From: Chlorokybus atmophyticus
Taxonomy: Eukaryota; Plantae; Mesostigma and Chlorokybus algae
DNA: 64,000 nucleotides
Assembly: GCA_009103225.1 (NCBI GenBank)
Contig: RHPI01003369.1
Coordinates: forward strand, 751,500-815,499
Direction: 5' to 3'
A program made the translations under genes and the position numbers. Below are positions 36,577 through 50,757 of this stretch, one piece after another. Each line of letters begins with the position of its first letter. Position 1 is the first letter of the stretch. Under the pieces are notes generated by a model. The model saw nothing but the letters and a program-made list of their open reading frames with translations, did not search any database and had not been told where the DNA came from.

Positions 36577-38588
36577 ATGGCAGAAAACGGCGGCGTGCCT
36601 GGAGAAAGCAGAGCCAGCGGCAGTGGCAGCAGCAACCGGGGCAAGAGCAGCAATCACAGGTGGGGCCATCAGCCACACACTTGACTAGCTGTGGTCAACT
36701 ACGCCGCTTTGTACAACATTGCTGTCGTCGTTGTTGAGTCGGTGACTACACAAGATGATGATAATCATGCTTGTCTTGTTTGCTTACCTGCATGCACATG
36801 CTTATAGCGACAGCTCCGCTTCCTCTGAACATGTTGTCATGAAGTGTTACTGGTCACCCCCCCCCCCCCCACTAATCCTCATCGCTTTCGCAATAACAAC
36901 TGCGTGCATTGCCAGCATATCCGCGGTACATGGCTTGCCCTTGCCGCAGTGTTGAAATGTGCGCACCTACTTGCGTTGCGTCATAGGCTCACAGCAGCAA
37001 CTGATCACAGACGACAAGAACTTGCAACAAGGCCTGTTTCAAATAACCTTTGCATGTACACATTGCATATGTTGCCTGTGTGCTTGCCTGCAGCAGGCCG
37101 ACGCTATTGAGTGCCGCCTACGCTATCGGCGGAATCTTCATTGCACGCAACATATTGGACCGGTGTTGGCCAGGCAGCCATGTCCGAACATTGGCAAAGG
37201 CCATGTGCGGAGAGAAGGTGTGCCTCTTATTGGTTAATGCTGCACAGTCACACAGTCAACCGTCATCGGCATGGCTCCACTGCAAGTTGATGACGACTAC
37301 ACGCACACGCATACATACAATATGTGACATTGCGTGACAGTTGACTTCAGAGCAAGCGCTAAGGGATCCCGCGCACTACTTCAATGTGCGGTGGGTACGC
37401 ATCTACTTGCTTCCAAATGATGGCCGTTTGCAACCTCAAGTGCACAAGACTTCTAACTCATGATATGTGTAGTGCGTCAGCTTGTGAAGCAGCACACATG
37501 GCCAATGGCGCACGCCTCTTATATGTGGAACAGGTGGGCTTGTGTTCGGATCATCACTGGTTCACCACATGAGCGTGCTTGGCCCTTACATGGCACACAG
37601 TGACCCTGTTTGCAGGCGAATGTGGGCACACCTGAGAGGCCATTCAGGCAGGTATGTGCTCTGTACATCGTCCAGTCATTGTGCACTTTATATCTGCTGC
37701 ATGCGTTGAAAGTGACTGTGCAGTCTCTGTGCAGCGTTTCCTTGTGGTGAGACCGTCCAAGCGAAAAGAGAGCGATGTTGAGGTTGCAACAAGCGACTGT
37801 TGCTAAGTGCCAAATGCCATGTTTGGTGATGCCATGTAACGTGATTACAATTGCAGGTTGCTTCTCATGCTGTGTCTGACCCTGCGGCTTACTCCAACTA
37901 CTGCGACCGACCAGTCAATGCGAGGCCTTCAAGTGCAGAAGCGGCTTCAGTAAGCACGTATTTGACAATAAAGCAGACAGTTGTGTGCTCCTAAGAACAG
38001 TTGGCTAATGTGTTGTTCACGTTACGAGGAGTGTTAGGTCTCAACTTCCTTACATGCAGGATATTGGAGAGCACTTGACAACGGTCTACCTCTCGCGCTG
38101 TAAACCCGGCCAGGGTTGCTTGTATCAAGGGAGCACACCGCCGGAAGGGTACCCCAGCAGCTGGGTAAGTGTGTGTGCGTGCTGCTGTGAGGGTGCCAAG
38201 CAGCATGTATACCAAGAACAATTTCTTCATTGACTTGAAACATTTGGGTAGCTTCCGTTACCTCACACACTCTTTGGGTTTGCTTGCAGGGTGGAGCAGT
38301 GCGTTGCACATCGGATGTCACTGTGTACAAGCATGCATACAACTCCTGGGACAGAGGCTACGATGCTCGTGGCCAACAGGTATGCCTGTCATGTTCTATG
38401 CTTGAGGTGTGTCTATGAGTGTCTGTGAGGCTGTATGTACATCCGTATGCACACGTTGTCTTGTGTTAAATTCCAACAGAGTACAGCACACTCCACTCCA
38501 GCACTCTTGGGACTTGTTACTTCTTTGTGCTTTGCAGGTCTGGGGTCCAAGGGAAGGGCCTTTGGAGTTCAGGCCTAAGGCAAGATAG
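36577..38588 (+). CDS. CRL: CpcT/CpeT family chromophore-lyase-like protein, CRUMPLED LEAF homologue
   Basis: Ten in-frame exons: MAENGG...; RPTLLSAAYAIGGIFIA...HVRTLAKAMCGEK; LTSEQALRDPAHYFNVR; ASACEAAHMANGARLLYVEQ; ANVGTPERPFRQ; RFLVVRP...DVE; VASHAV...NYCDRP; DIGEHLTTVYLSRC..GCLYQGSTPPEGYPSSW; GGAVRCTSDV...SWDRGYDARGQQ; VWGPREGPLEFRP*. Collinear with plant CRL, including the N-terminal TM segment, GEK-x-T-x-EQA, KPFRQ and WDRGxD...QVWG...GPxEF. Confidence 0.93.
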
Positions 38589-38933
38589 AGTTGGCCTGTA
38601 GTGCACTACATACACGCAGGCAATGGAGTTGCATGTTGCAATAAGATCGCACTGCAGTGAAATGGTCAACGGTTGTGGTGAGGTGCGGCGGCTGAGTAAT
38701 ACCTCTACATCAAGAGATTCACTCACTCGTGCTATATCTAATATGTCAATATGCAACGATTCTGCAACGCGTGCATTGCAACATGTCATCAAGCCAGACA
38801 CTGACTGTAAACACCAGCAATCAAACAACATTTTTCGGTAAGGGTAATGTTACACGGGAATGTGCACGGAAAATATTACACTGCACAGTTCCGAGGCATG
38901 AACAGAGCAGCTACAGTCTACGAGTCTGCACCG

Positions 38934-41900
38934 CTATTCTTGCTGGTATGGTGGGTGCATGAGTTGGAGGCTCATGCGTCCGGCACGGGGTTTCGGCACC
39001 GGGGGAGGCTGCTGCAGGTCTTGCGGGCGCGCGTTCTCGTTGCTGCTGCCTGAACTCGACTGCGATGCCGCCAGCTGCTGAGCCTTTATCAAGCGAGCAA
39101 TGTCATCCGCAAGCTTCGTCATCTGCATAGTGATGGGCCACTGTCAGCTGTAGCATGAGGTAAGGAAGATGAGAGCGATGGTGATGCGTGGTATGTACCT
39201 CTGGCTGTTGTGGGAACATTGAGCAGCAGCGCTTGAATACTGCATTTGTTCTGCAAAGAACCTCAACAATGGTGTTGTTCTCACCACAGAGTGCCTCGAC
39301 CTGCACATGAATTATGTACCAGATTCAGTTAAGTGCATGACCAATCAAAGTGGTTATGTGGAGAGATACGGGCACACACGCGCAGACAGATGCACGCACG
39401 CACGCACGCACATGCATATACATATGCTCGCACGTGCACACATATGCACCTCGCTTTCAGCTTTGCGCAAGTTGGCGATCAGGATTTCCTGCCTGGTGAC
39501 TACGGCATTGCTTTTGCGCCGCTGGTGCTTCACCTCCGCTTGCAGCGCCGCATGCGCAGCCTGAAGCTCCTCTAGCCTGTTGTTTGTATGTACAACGTCA
39601 GCCACAGAAAAGGTAAAGCGCAAGCTCACAACACATTGCATCATGTACACTTCGTGGCAACAGTCACCTCTTTGCAGCGTCTGCCAACTGGTCCTCCAAT
39701 GCAGCTTGCTCTCTTGCTGCCATGGCAGCGGCCTCTTCCTTAGCTGCCAACACTTCTTCCATGGCTGCACCCTTCTCGGCCAACTCTTCCTCCAAAGCCT
39801 GACAGAGGTGCCAACTCTAAGGATACGTTGCACACAATCGAGTTGTGCGTGCGGGCGCGTGCATGTGCCCGCATGTGTTGCTGTTTATAGTTGGGTGGCT
39901 GCGCATTTGCGTGTGCATGCGTGCGTGTGCGAGGGCTGCATATGCGAGCATATTACAGAATGGTTACCCAACTCAAGTGTTCCCTCTCTCACCTGTGTGC
40001 TGGACTCCATGGCTTCAATCTTCCCCTCATACCACCCCTGCATCTTTTCCTTCTCCGTTCGTACCTTCTCCGCTCTCTCCTCCTGCTCCCCGACTCGCTC
40101 TCGCCACTCCTCCAGCTCGCCTTGCAACGACGCGGCGAAGTCCTCGAGCCGAGACGCGTCGTCCTTGTAGGAGGCCGACGCGGTGCGCACGGACAAAAGG
40201 TCGGACTGGAGGCAGAAGTGAGGTCAGGCACACGCATTGGTGTTTGAGTTCGAGGCAAGTGTGTGTGTGTGTGTGTGTGTGTCTGTGTATGTGTGCAGGC
40301 GTGTGTGTGCGCGTGTTTAGATTGACGCAACATCTGTGTGTATGCGTGCAAGTGCGCGCGTATGCATGTGCGCGTGCGTGTGCGTATATATGTGTGTGCA
40401 TCTTGCTTGTATGTGTGACTATATGGGTGCGTGTGCCTGTTGGTTATGTGTGTGTGCGTGTGTACCTCCTTGGCTTCCAGCACTTTGAGCAATGCTTCTT
40501 TATCAGCTATTGCAGCCCCGAGGCCTTCTTCAGCCATGTCGCGCTCGGCTGTCACAACCGCCAGCTTCTCGCTCTCGGTCTGCAGGTCGGCTTCAATGGC
40601 AGTGAGGCGGTCTCGCATGACCTGCTAGAGAGATAGGAAGCGATATGGTGAGTGTTACTCTCTGATGCCTGGTTCATGATCGAATGCACGAGTGCATACC
40701 GTTAGCTTGGTCTCGGCCTCTGCTGCCGCTGCCTGCGCTCGCTCATCCGCCACAACCCTGGCCTCGAGGTCTTTGAACTCCGCAAGCTCCGCGTACTGTT
40801 TGTTAGCTCTGTCGAATATAGATGACATGATTTCATGAGTACATGAGCTGTGTATACGTGTGCTTGCGAACATGCGCACGCGCGCCCATGCATGCGCACG
40901 CACGCGTGTGTGTGCGTGTGTTTGCAGCCGCATGTGTGCTTGTCCATTGATGTGACTCATAGTACACTAAGTACCTGCCAAGCTCAGACTGAAGCTGCTC
41001 AACCACGTGCTCCAACTGTGCCACGCGCTCTCTCGTCTTCTGGTGATCCCGACTCACCATGCTCAGCTCCCTGGCAACCCTCCTCGAACGCACAATAAGT
41101 CTACTCAGTTCCTCTTCCCGCTCTGTCAGCCGCGTGATGACGTCAGCCATCTGCGCCGCAGACCTGGCCAGCAGCTCCGCCCGTGACGCTTGGGCTTCAT
41201 TCTTCTCAACATTAGCAAAACCCAACTCAGTCCTGAGTTTGCTGATGAGAGTGGCTTTCTCATCAAGTTCAGATTCTTTTAGGGTCAGTGTCGCAGTTAG
41301 ACGCTTTGACTCGGCTTCCTTTGAATCAAGCTGGGCTTCCTTGTGCTTGAGCTCGGCATCCTTCCTATTGATAATGTATGCAAGTGAAGCCACTTCTTGC
41401 TCCTTTGCGCTCAGCTGCAACAGAGCGTCCTTTGACTTGGCTTCCTTTGCGCTGAGCTGTTGGCGGGCAGACTCGAGCTCTGAATTGCAAGTGCTGAGAG
41501 CGTCATTGAGCTCGCTGAGCTGGGCTTCCTTCTGCGTGAGCTCAGCACACTTTTTATCCAGGGCAGATGCGAGTGAGGCTAATCCTTCACGCTTGGCACT
41601 TAGCTGCAAGCAAGCATCCTCCCTTTCAAGCTGCACTTCTCTCAGCCTCTCACCAACTTCACTCAACTGCGCATCCTTTGCGCTCAGCTGTTCCTCCAAT
41701 GAAGCTACACAAGCAACCTTCTGCTCGATCACACATGCAAGCGAAGCCACTGACTTGTCCTTTGCGCTCAGCTGCATACAAGCATCCTCCCGCTCAAGCT
41801 GAACTTCTCTCAATCTCTCACCAACTTCACTCAGCTGTTCTTCCAACGAGATCGCACGCTTCTCCCTGTCCCCAACCTTCTCATTCAAAGCCGCCACGTC

Positions 41901-44900
41901 TTCACTCTTTTTCAACAGCATCACTTCAACAGCTTTAACCTTTTCCTCAGCAGCAGCCAATGCAGTATTTGTTGCACTCAATTGATCACCGAGTGCCGCC
42001 AGCTGGCAGGTTGCTTGATGCAAATTCTGCTGAGAGGAAGCCAGTTGGGCGGTTTTGTTGTTGAGCTCCTCTGTGAGACCTGACAGATGCGATTCGGTGT
42101 GGGTGAGAGTGTCATTGATGGTGGTCAAGTTGCATGTCATGTTGGCCAGCTGTCCCTCCAGAGCCAGTTTCTCGGCTTGTTGGAGAGTAAGCTCCCCACG
42201 CAGAGCTGCTGTATCTGCCTCTTGTTGAGTGAGTTGTGTCTGCAGCAGAGTGACTCGTTCTTGATTGCGAGAAAGCGCCTCGTGCAGAGTTGCTGTTTGT
42301 GTCTCATGTTGGGTGACTTGTGTCTGCAGTGCATTCACTCGCGCACGCTCCGCATCCAGCCGGGTACACAAGTCGGCGGACGTCTTGGACAGCTGTCCCT
42401 CCAGAGCCAGCCTCTCAGCTTCTTTGTGTGTCAGCTCCTCGTGCAAAGCGGATGTTTCTGCCTCTCGCTGACTAAATTGTGTCTGCAGTGCGTTGACTTG
42501 CGCATGCTTCTCGTCCAGTTGGCTACACAGAGCTGCTGATTCTGCCTCATGTTGGGTGAGTTGTGTCTGCAGCGCAGTGACTCGCGCATGCTCCTCGTCT
42601 AGTTGGGTACACATTGCTGACACCTCCTCTTCTTTAAGCCTCAACACCTCTTGCATTGCATCCATCTCAACGGCCTTCTCCCTCGCAACATCGCTGAGTT
42701 GTGTCTTCAGATCATGTGTTGTGACTTCGTGTTCAGGCACCGATGCACACATTGCAGACAACTCTTCTTCCTTGTGCTGGAGCGTGTCGCTGAGTGCATG
42801 GAGTTCAGCTTCTCTCTGGCGGAGATTGGCTTCAGCAGCTACGCGTCTGGCTTCCTCCTGGGTAACTTGCTCGGTAAGGGAAGCCACTTGCGTGTGCATC
42901 TCTTCAAGTTGCCGGCTAATAGCCTCAAAGTTGGCTTCTCCAGGGCTGCACCGTTCGGGTGACGAAGGAAGGGACTCCGTTTCGGCTTCGCTGATGTCGC
43001 TGAAGCTCTGTGCATACGCGTCCATCTCGGCTTCCTTCTCGCTGAGCAGCTTCTGGAGCGCTGCCACGCCGGCCTGCACGAACGCGAGCTCCTCCTTCTT
43101 CACACTCACCCTCTCAACTAACATATCTACCTGAGCCTCCTTCTCCCTTAGCCTCTCGCCGCAAGAAGCCAACTCATCCTCTTTCTGGCTAAGTGCTTCC
43201 CGCAGGGACTGCAAGTCTCCGTTCTGCCTCGCTACCACCCCCGCTTCCTCTGTACACGACAACTCAGCATCGTGCAGCCTCTCCTGCAACATGAACATCA
43301 TCTCTTTAAGCCCGTTCACGCGTGTCTCGCATGCCAACTCAATGTCTTGCATCTGTGCTCTGAGGTGGGTTGTATCAGCCTCAGCAGCCAACTGGCGCAC
43401 ATGCCAGTCGGATATCAACAACATCGCCTGCTGCCTCTGCCGGCTCCAAGCGCACTCTCGTGCGTGGAACTCTGACTTTGCACACGCCAAAGCAGCTTCC
43501 AGCTCCTTGGCTCTTTGTTGCTCATCCTGATGCACATCGTCATGTTGGTTTGTGACCAAGCAGAGGTTCTGAACCTGTAATTGGTAAAAGCAACATGTGC
43601 CTCTCACCCACCTGTAGACTTGTCGCTTGTCGTGTCAGCTCGTGCTGTAACTGCAAGAGGGCACAGAATAATGTCACGTACCGTACAACCGAGCAAGCTG
43701 TGACAACCACTTCTCGGCACAACATCTTGTAACAAGCAAAGCCTACCCGCGCAAACTCTCCGCTCTTTTCTGCCAGCTGTGCTTTAAACACTTCGGCCTT
43801 GGTGGCAGCCTTTACCTCCAATTCACTCACCTCGGTCTCCATCTCCTGCTGGCGTGCGAGCCACTCAGCTATTAACACCATGGCCTGCCAACGCTGGGAG
43901 TACAGTACACAGCATCAGCATGAGACCAACACCACGAGCACAAACAGTTGTGTGTGTTGCATCACCACGAGACTAACCAGTATCGCAGCATGAGCGGCTT
44001 CCTTGTGCAGCGTACTGATTTGTATCTGAAGCTCCGCTTGCAGCTGAGCGTTGTTGTCAATGATGTTGTTCAGCTCCTTGCGGTGCGCAGCTTGTTTGTA
44101 GGATTGAGTTGCTTCCAACTCGCTTACGCGCATGCGCGCATTCTCCAGCTCCTTCAACTTGCACCTGCAATCAACTCATAAGACGACACACACATACCCA
44201 CATAACCCTATCACAACAAGCAAACCCACAACAGAAACTTGTACAAAAACCGTGTTGACTCACTTGTTGTCTTGCTGAAAGCGTGCGATGTCATCTCGAT
44301 CAGCCTCTCTCGCACTCGTGAGCTCCTTCACGAGCGCTTCTGCCTCGGCAAGCTTGCCAGTTACAATAGCCATATCATTGCTGATGTGCTTCTTCTCCGC
44401 AATTTGCGCGTTGAGCTCTTGGATGGTCTCAGCGCGTGCAGTGCACTCAAGCTGGAGCTTAGCAAGCTGGCGCTGAGACCTACAAGGGGAGTGTACATTG
44501 TTAGAGAGTGATGATAGAAACGCACACGCGCATGCACACACAACCGTGTAAGCCCAAGCTGCTTACTCTTCTTCGAGAGCAGTGATGATCTCCTCTTGCT
44601 CCCTGGCGCACTCGCTTCTAACACGCTTTATGGCCAGCACCAAGCCCTTTTGCACATGCGTCTGAAGGCACACACACATACACATATACCACACCATACT
44701 CCATGTGTACCCACTACATCCGACCAACACTCACCTCGTCTGTTTGTGTTGAGCTGCTGCTAGTTGACTTCACTTCAGCAGCGTGCTTTGCTAGCTCGAG
44801 CTCCAACTTGTTACAGCGATCACATGATTGTGTGAGTTGAGACTGGAGGGCGGCTTCGCTGTCGTGCTTCTCCGCCTCGAGCATGGTTACGCGGCATTCA

Positions 44901-47900
44901 AGCCCCTGCACCTCCATCAACGCCTCGTCCTGTGTGGGACATTGACTGAATACACACATTGCACACGCACACTCACACGTATGCCAGGAGTGTTGTGTAT
45001 CACCTTCTCTGCTTTGATGCGATCGATGGCGCCCTTGGCATCATCTAGCTGCGCGTACACATCCGCGCGGCTAGTCTCTAGCAGATGCACCTGTGGTATA
45101 TAAACTCAAGGACATGTTGCAACGACTGTTATGAATTGTTAATGCACACGCACTTGTTGTGTCATGTCTGCGATCTGTTTCTCGATCAACTCCTGCCCGC
45201 TCAGAGCACGCTTCAGGTCTGTTGCAAGGCGGGTGCACTCCGCATCGTCAACGCTCTTCACCTGTTGAAAACAGTTGTCAAGCAAGACGACATGCAACAT
45301 GCATGCGTGCGCGTGCATGTGCATGTGTGTATCTGTGGGTGTGAGAGATATGCGTGTGTATGTTTGTGCAATAGACTCACGCACCTCTTCCAGCTCGCGC
45401 ACGCGTGCAACCATCCGTTCCAACTCCTCCTTCTGCACCCCCCTCTCCTCGAACACCATTCTCAGGTCCTCCCTCACACTCTCCTCCCTCTTCATTGCCG
45501 TCTCCTTCTCCTTGCGCCAAGTGTCAGCCCTCTCAGTTAACTCAGTCGCCTCGGCTTCATGACGCGCACGCCAACACTCCCACTCGTCGCGCGAAGCGGA
45601 CCATGCAGCGCGTTCATGCTCCAGAGCCTCAAGCTTGTCGGAGAGAATTTCAACCTCTGCGAGGAATGGGTTCTAGAGACTGAGACAATGATGCACGACA
45701 TGTGTGTGCGTTGTTTGTGCACCTGTCACGAGCATGCGAGTCATTCTGCAAAGCGCATACACGTATGCACTTTAGCTACAACTGTGTGCATGCCCGCATG
45801 TGCGTGGCCACGCGTGTGCAGGTGTGTATGCATGCGCAAATGTGGATGCATGCCTGTACATGCATGTGCGTAAGTGCGTGCGGTCACGTGTACGTGTGCG
45901 TGCGTGCCCACATACACGTGTGCATGCTATATAGGTGTGTTACCAAAGCGCAAGTGTTTGGGTATGCACACGCCCCACACCGCACTCACCAGACTCGAGC
46001 ACATTCCTCTCCTTCCTCGCCTCCCTTAGCTCCTCGGTGACACGCGCCACCTCGCCCTCGAGCCTTGCTGCATCTCTCCCCTCGCGATGCAGCCTTCTCT
46101 CCTGCGTGCGGCACTGCGCGTTGAGGGCGTCCATCGAGACACGCATCGCCGACACCAGGGGGAGGACGTCGTTGTTGTTGGGTATGTTGTTGTTGGGGTG
46201 GGTTGTGTTGGTGGTGGTGGGGAAGGGTGAGGAAGGTGGAGGGGTGAGGGGGTGGAGTAGTGGAGAGGCGAGGAAGTGCTTCCAGGAGGAGGGAGGGGTT
46301 GGGATTGACTGCGTGAGATACGGCGTGAAGGGTGAATATGCATGAGTATGAGGTGAAGAGACACGATGACATCCAGCACTGTGATCGTGGCCATACCTGT
46401 AGGAACTGGTTGAACGGGTCGTCTTCGTGGTCAAGGTGCCCGTGAACAATGTTCTGAAAAGCAGACACCATGACTATACTATCATTATGCATAGTAACGT
46501 GGCAACAGTATAGTGATGTTACCAATGATGCCATGCTATATAAACTTTAAACACAGCTGTTTCAAACCTGTGAAGGAGTCCTTGGGCCTTGCATGCTATG
46601 CTGTTGATGTTGATACAGCTCCTCGTACCCCAGCGACCAGCTCGTCTCATGCTGCTCGAAGACCTGAGCCAAGCAGACTGATCTCAACACCTCTCACCAC
46701 CCCACGCACACAACCAACTCAACCAACATGTTCAATGAACAAGTCTCTCACCCTGCTGCTTGTGGCGCATAGGTCCGAAGCCATCGCGCAAGCCGACGCG
46801 ACGGACGCGATGCTTTCACACTGCGATTGTGTCACATTAGCATTGCTATTGTTGTTGTTGTGTCCTCCTCCTTCTCCTCCCCCTCTTTTTCTCGCTCCTC
46901 CGCCAGAAGACCGCCGCTTGCCAAGCCTGGAGGGCTTAGGCTTGCCACCGCCCGGCCGCGCGTGACAGCGTGTTGCGGTTGTTGTGTTGTTTGTTGTTGT
47001 GTTTGTGGTTGATTGGTGTGGGTGTGGGTGTGCAATGTTGCGGCGGTTGGGTGACACCCACTCGGGCCTCGGGACTGCTGTCCTGCGCTTTGCTGCTGCT
47101 TTTGCTGCCGCCTCCTGTGAGAGTGTAACAACATGATGATGGTGATGTGGTGGTGGTGGTGGTGGTAATAATTGTGAGGTGTGTTATGTTGCTACCTGGC
47201 GGTTTTTGTGTGCGAGGTCGGCGAGATATTGCAACCGGCGGTCTCGGAGGGCTTTGGCCTCATCCTCGACACGCGTCTGCATGCAGGAAGAATGCTGTCA
47301 TGCATGCTTGTGCACGTAGTTGAGACAACAAGACAATGGTGCACACGCACACTCCCACCTGCATCGTCTCTTCAGGCACTGCGTACAGGCACATGGACTT
47401 GCGTGAGCCCTTCAGCGGCTGCCTCTGCAAGGCAGACGACCGGGTGGCCCCGCAGTCGGACGCACGCACCTTCTTCTTGCTACCTCGACCTTACGAAGAA
47501 AAAGGCAACAACAACACACAAAGAGTTAACCTCAAAGGTGTTCACTGTTGGGATGCAAGACTTGGTCGATGTTGTTGTTGTTGCTGTTACTGTTGCTGTT
47601 GTTGTTGTTGCTTGCGTTCAAGTCAAAGGCAGTACCTGGTAAAGGGCCGAGAGTGTCCTCATTTGAGTTTGTTGGCTCTGATGGTGAAAGCACCGCTCCA
47701 TGAGGAAGAGCCTGCAGGTACTAAGTAAATAGTGGGTACATTGAGCACAAGGCATGAAGCAATGATCAATACCAACATCACCAACACACAGGTTCAGAAT
47801 ATAACGGCATGCCTGCACGCACCTGATCCTCCTGCTTGTCATGCACGTGGTTGGCGCTCTTCGTTGCCTGAAACAGCTGGCGTGCGGCGCCGCCCATAGA

Positions 47901-48492
47901 GTGCCGGGCCGCCAGCGCGTTGGTGTTGAGAGGTGAAAGGGCGGAAGAGTTGTCGTTGTTCTTGTTGTTGTTGGTGGTGGTGGTAGTGGTGTTGTTGGCT
48001 GCTTGCCGCTGATATTGGACACCAGTGTTAGATGCCCCCCCCTCAACCAAATGGAAGGAGTGTACAGCGTTTCTGATTGAGGTAATTGAATACTGTTAGC
48101 GGAGAGTTGCATCAATTAAAAAAAAATATACTACAGCAATGCCATTGGAAGAGCAATCAACTGTATAAATAGTTTTGGCCTCGTGGGAGTTTGCAAGTAG
48201 CAACTTGTCGCCATTGCAACCCGACTGAGCACTGAGCATCTGTCATCTGTTACCCTTCTACGAAGGTATAAATGGACGCTCGCAGAAACTATCGTCATCA
48301 AGTAGATAGCTGCCTTGTTCAGGAGGTACCGGAAACTGCTATACCAATTACTGCAACGGCATCAAGCAGACCAACCTTGCTAGTGCTTCCAGGCGCGTTC
48401 TCGTTCTCCTTGCACGCCGCATGCCGCTTCGGCGTCGCACCCCCTCCCCCCACAGCAGCCGCCATCCCGTCGACCCTGTACACGAGGGCCAT
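38934..48492 (-). CDS. Very large multi-exon coiled-coil protein of unknown function
   Basis: First exon MALVYRVDG...ATPKRHAACKENENAPGSTSK|gt (48492-48376), then low-complexity exons and many E/K/Q/L/A-rich heptad exons, including one of about 2.5 kb (about 41000-43560). Last exon ...KLADDIARLIKAQQ...PYQQE* ends at 38934. No motor or other globular domain recognised. Not all internal exon borders were verified. Confidence 0.75.
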
Positions 48493-49035
48493 GGCCTGCG
48501 GCGGCGCCTCACTTGCGCCAGCAACGGCAACCCCTCGGCCGACGCCGCCGACGCCGCCGGCGACGTTGCACTGCACTGCACTGGATATTTGAATCTCTCA
48601 ACACAGGCTAACGGCTAAGTGAGTGCTGATCGGGGTCGGAAGCCTCTCTGATTGTGAGACAGATCGTTAGAGCTCGATCGCGTTTGAATCTGGACTGACC
48701 TCACGTGACGCCAGAAGTGGCGGCGCTGTGAGTGGCCTGCTAGCATTGTGTGCGGCCACGTCAGTCGCCAGGCCCTCTGCCGCCGCCGCTGGCATTCCAG
48801 ATGGCAGTAATGATGTAGACTCGTACCCAAGGTTGTCTTGAGCAGTTAAAGTGAAGCTACAAATGTGTATACACACTACCATCTGGCACTGGACCGGGTT
48901 GCACGTGATGGGTGCCATAACAACGTGGTGTTGAGGGGCAACACTTTGACTATGACGGCATTGTGTATGAACAGAGTGTTCAGTGGTATGTAGTTGTGGT
49001 GCTTTTGTAACTAGAGTGGACACTTGTGGGGCAAC

Positions 49036-50278
49036 ATGGTGTCAGCTCGCAAGGTGGGCAGGGCGGGCTCACCACTGAACTACCGTTTGACGGACAATGT
49101 GCTCGTCCCAGCACCCAAGGTTGGTCTGAAGAAGTCGATCAAGTCCTTCCAACACACCATTGCCAAACCAAACTAATCAACAACTTCACTAATGAGAAAC
49201 GGTTTCACACACTTGGTTTCATTGGGCTGCATGTTGAAGCAGAGTACAACTTCACGTCAAGATAGCCAACCATCACCATCATCATGTCAAACGACCAAAT
49301 CCTGTTGAATATTGCGTAGGCCAACAATGCAGAACACTCTTGGACAGATCCCCGCATCCCAATCCACCCGTTAACATCCAGCAGCAAGTGGAACGCGTCG
49401 ATAGAGCTGCCACGCTCGATGCGCGCTCTCTACGGGCGAGCATCGTCCGATCGACGCCTCACAAACACCGATGGCATCCATGAACACTTTGTAAGCATGA
49501 TGGTGTTGTAGTAATAGGGAGTATGCCAGTGTTGATGGTGATGTTTGTTGGGTGTTGCAGCCGACGCACCCGATGGTGTTGAACCAAGTCTTCTGCACTA
49601 GGCTCAGCACGCCCGGCAACTGGGCGGCAACAACAAAGTTACCAGCAAGGAGCCCACGGTGCGCTAGTAGTTGTCGGTGTTGTTGTTGGTGGTGTTGGTG
49701 GTGTTGTTGTAGTTGATGTTGAGAAAGTTTTGCCTTACTGTAGGGATATAGCCACAGTCGACACAGCGTGGCAAAGCAGGAGGCAAAGCATCGCAAAGCA
49801 CTTGCCAACAGACTACCTACCTCCACAAGAAAGAGAGGTAAGCAACTAGTTACGTGACTGCAGCACCAAACATGTGTGTCTCAACATCAGCAACCCAACA
49901 TGTGTCGTCGTGCAGGTGAAGTGGGAGAGGAGCGTGCGTGAGTGGAAGCGTCATGCACGCGCTGAGGCAGCGGCGGGGGTGCCCGAGTCCAGGCGGCAGC
50001 GATCCCCGCTCAAGCGAGACCAGCTGCATCTGGTTCCCGTGTCGCCCACGCGGCCTCGCCACCGCAGGTATGCACCAGAACTCATGCGATGCTGCGCAGT
50101 AGTAAAAGGGTGGACTGACTTGCAATTCGTCGTGTGCTTGCGCAGGCCGAGGAAACCCAAGACAGCTGATGTCGCAGTGGTGGCTTCCCTTGACAGCTGG
50201 CGACCAACTAGGGTGCTTGTCAGTATGCAGGAGCCTTCAGAAGCCAGCCAGCCAGCAGTAAATGTGCTGCGGCTATGA
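49036..50278 (+). CDS. Hypothetical protein (multi-exon; start uncertain)
   Basis: Phase-consistent exons: ANNAEHSWTDPRIP...GIHEHF | PTHPMVLNQVFC...SPR | DIATVDTAWQ...PPQERE | VKWERSVREWKRH...PRHRR | PRKPK...NVLRL*. Candidate first exon MVSARK|gtgggc at 49036. Confidence 0.55.
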
Positions 50279-50757
50279 TGTTTCAGCTGTTGGTGCACGC
50301 AGCGGAACTTGTTGAATGTCGTGACAGCCTTGCTCCCAGCACAAAGCGCCTTCAGTCTGCTCCAAGCAGTAGTGCCATCCCAGAGTTGACTGCTCAACAG
50401 CATTGAAGTAATCTGTGGTGCCGTGGAAGCAGTCAAGCAGGCAGGTTTTACACAGCATGACACATGGGTAGATCATTGGCAGGTGAACAGACAATGCAAT
50501 CATGATGCAGCAACAAGCGCACAAATGTAAAACAGGGCATGCTGCGGTCAGCGGCTGGTGTAAGACAATAGACGTAGTATTAGCGAGCGGGTAGTAATTG
50601 AGCAAGTTCAATGGTTTGGCCCGCCAAGCAGGATTGCTGCCAGACGTAAAGAAACAGCCATGTATAGAGGTGTCTTGTACTGACTACAGGTAAGTATATA
50701 CCGGTAAGTATATACAATATGCTATTTGCAAAATTGCATGACTCCGAACAAGTAGTT

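Noticed and set aside
39845-40960. ORFs rich in C/V or H/T
   Set aside because: Translations of intronic (TG)n/(CA)n microsatellites.
41059-43530. Long plus-strand ORFs (247 aa, 213 aa, 150 aa)
   Set aside because: Antisense shadows of the coiled-coil exon (Ser/Leu-rich mirror of Glu/Lys/Gln codons).
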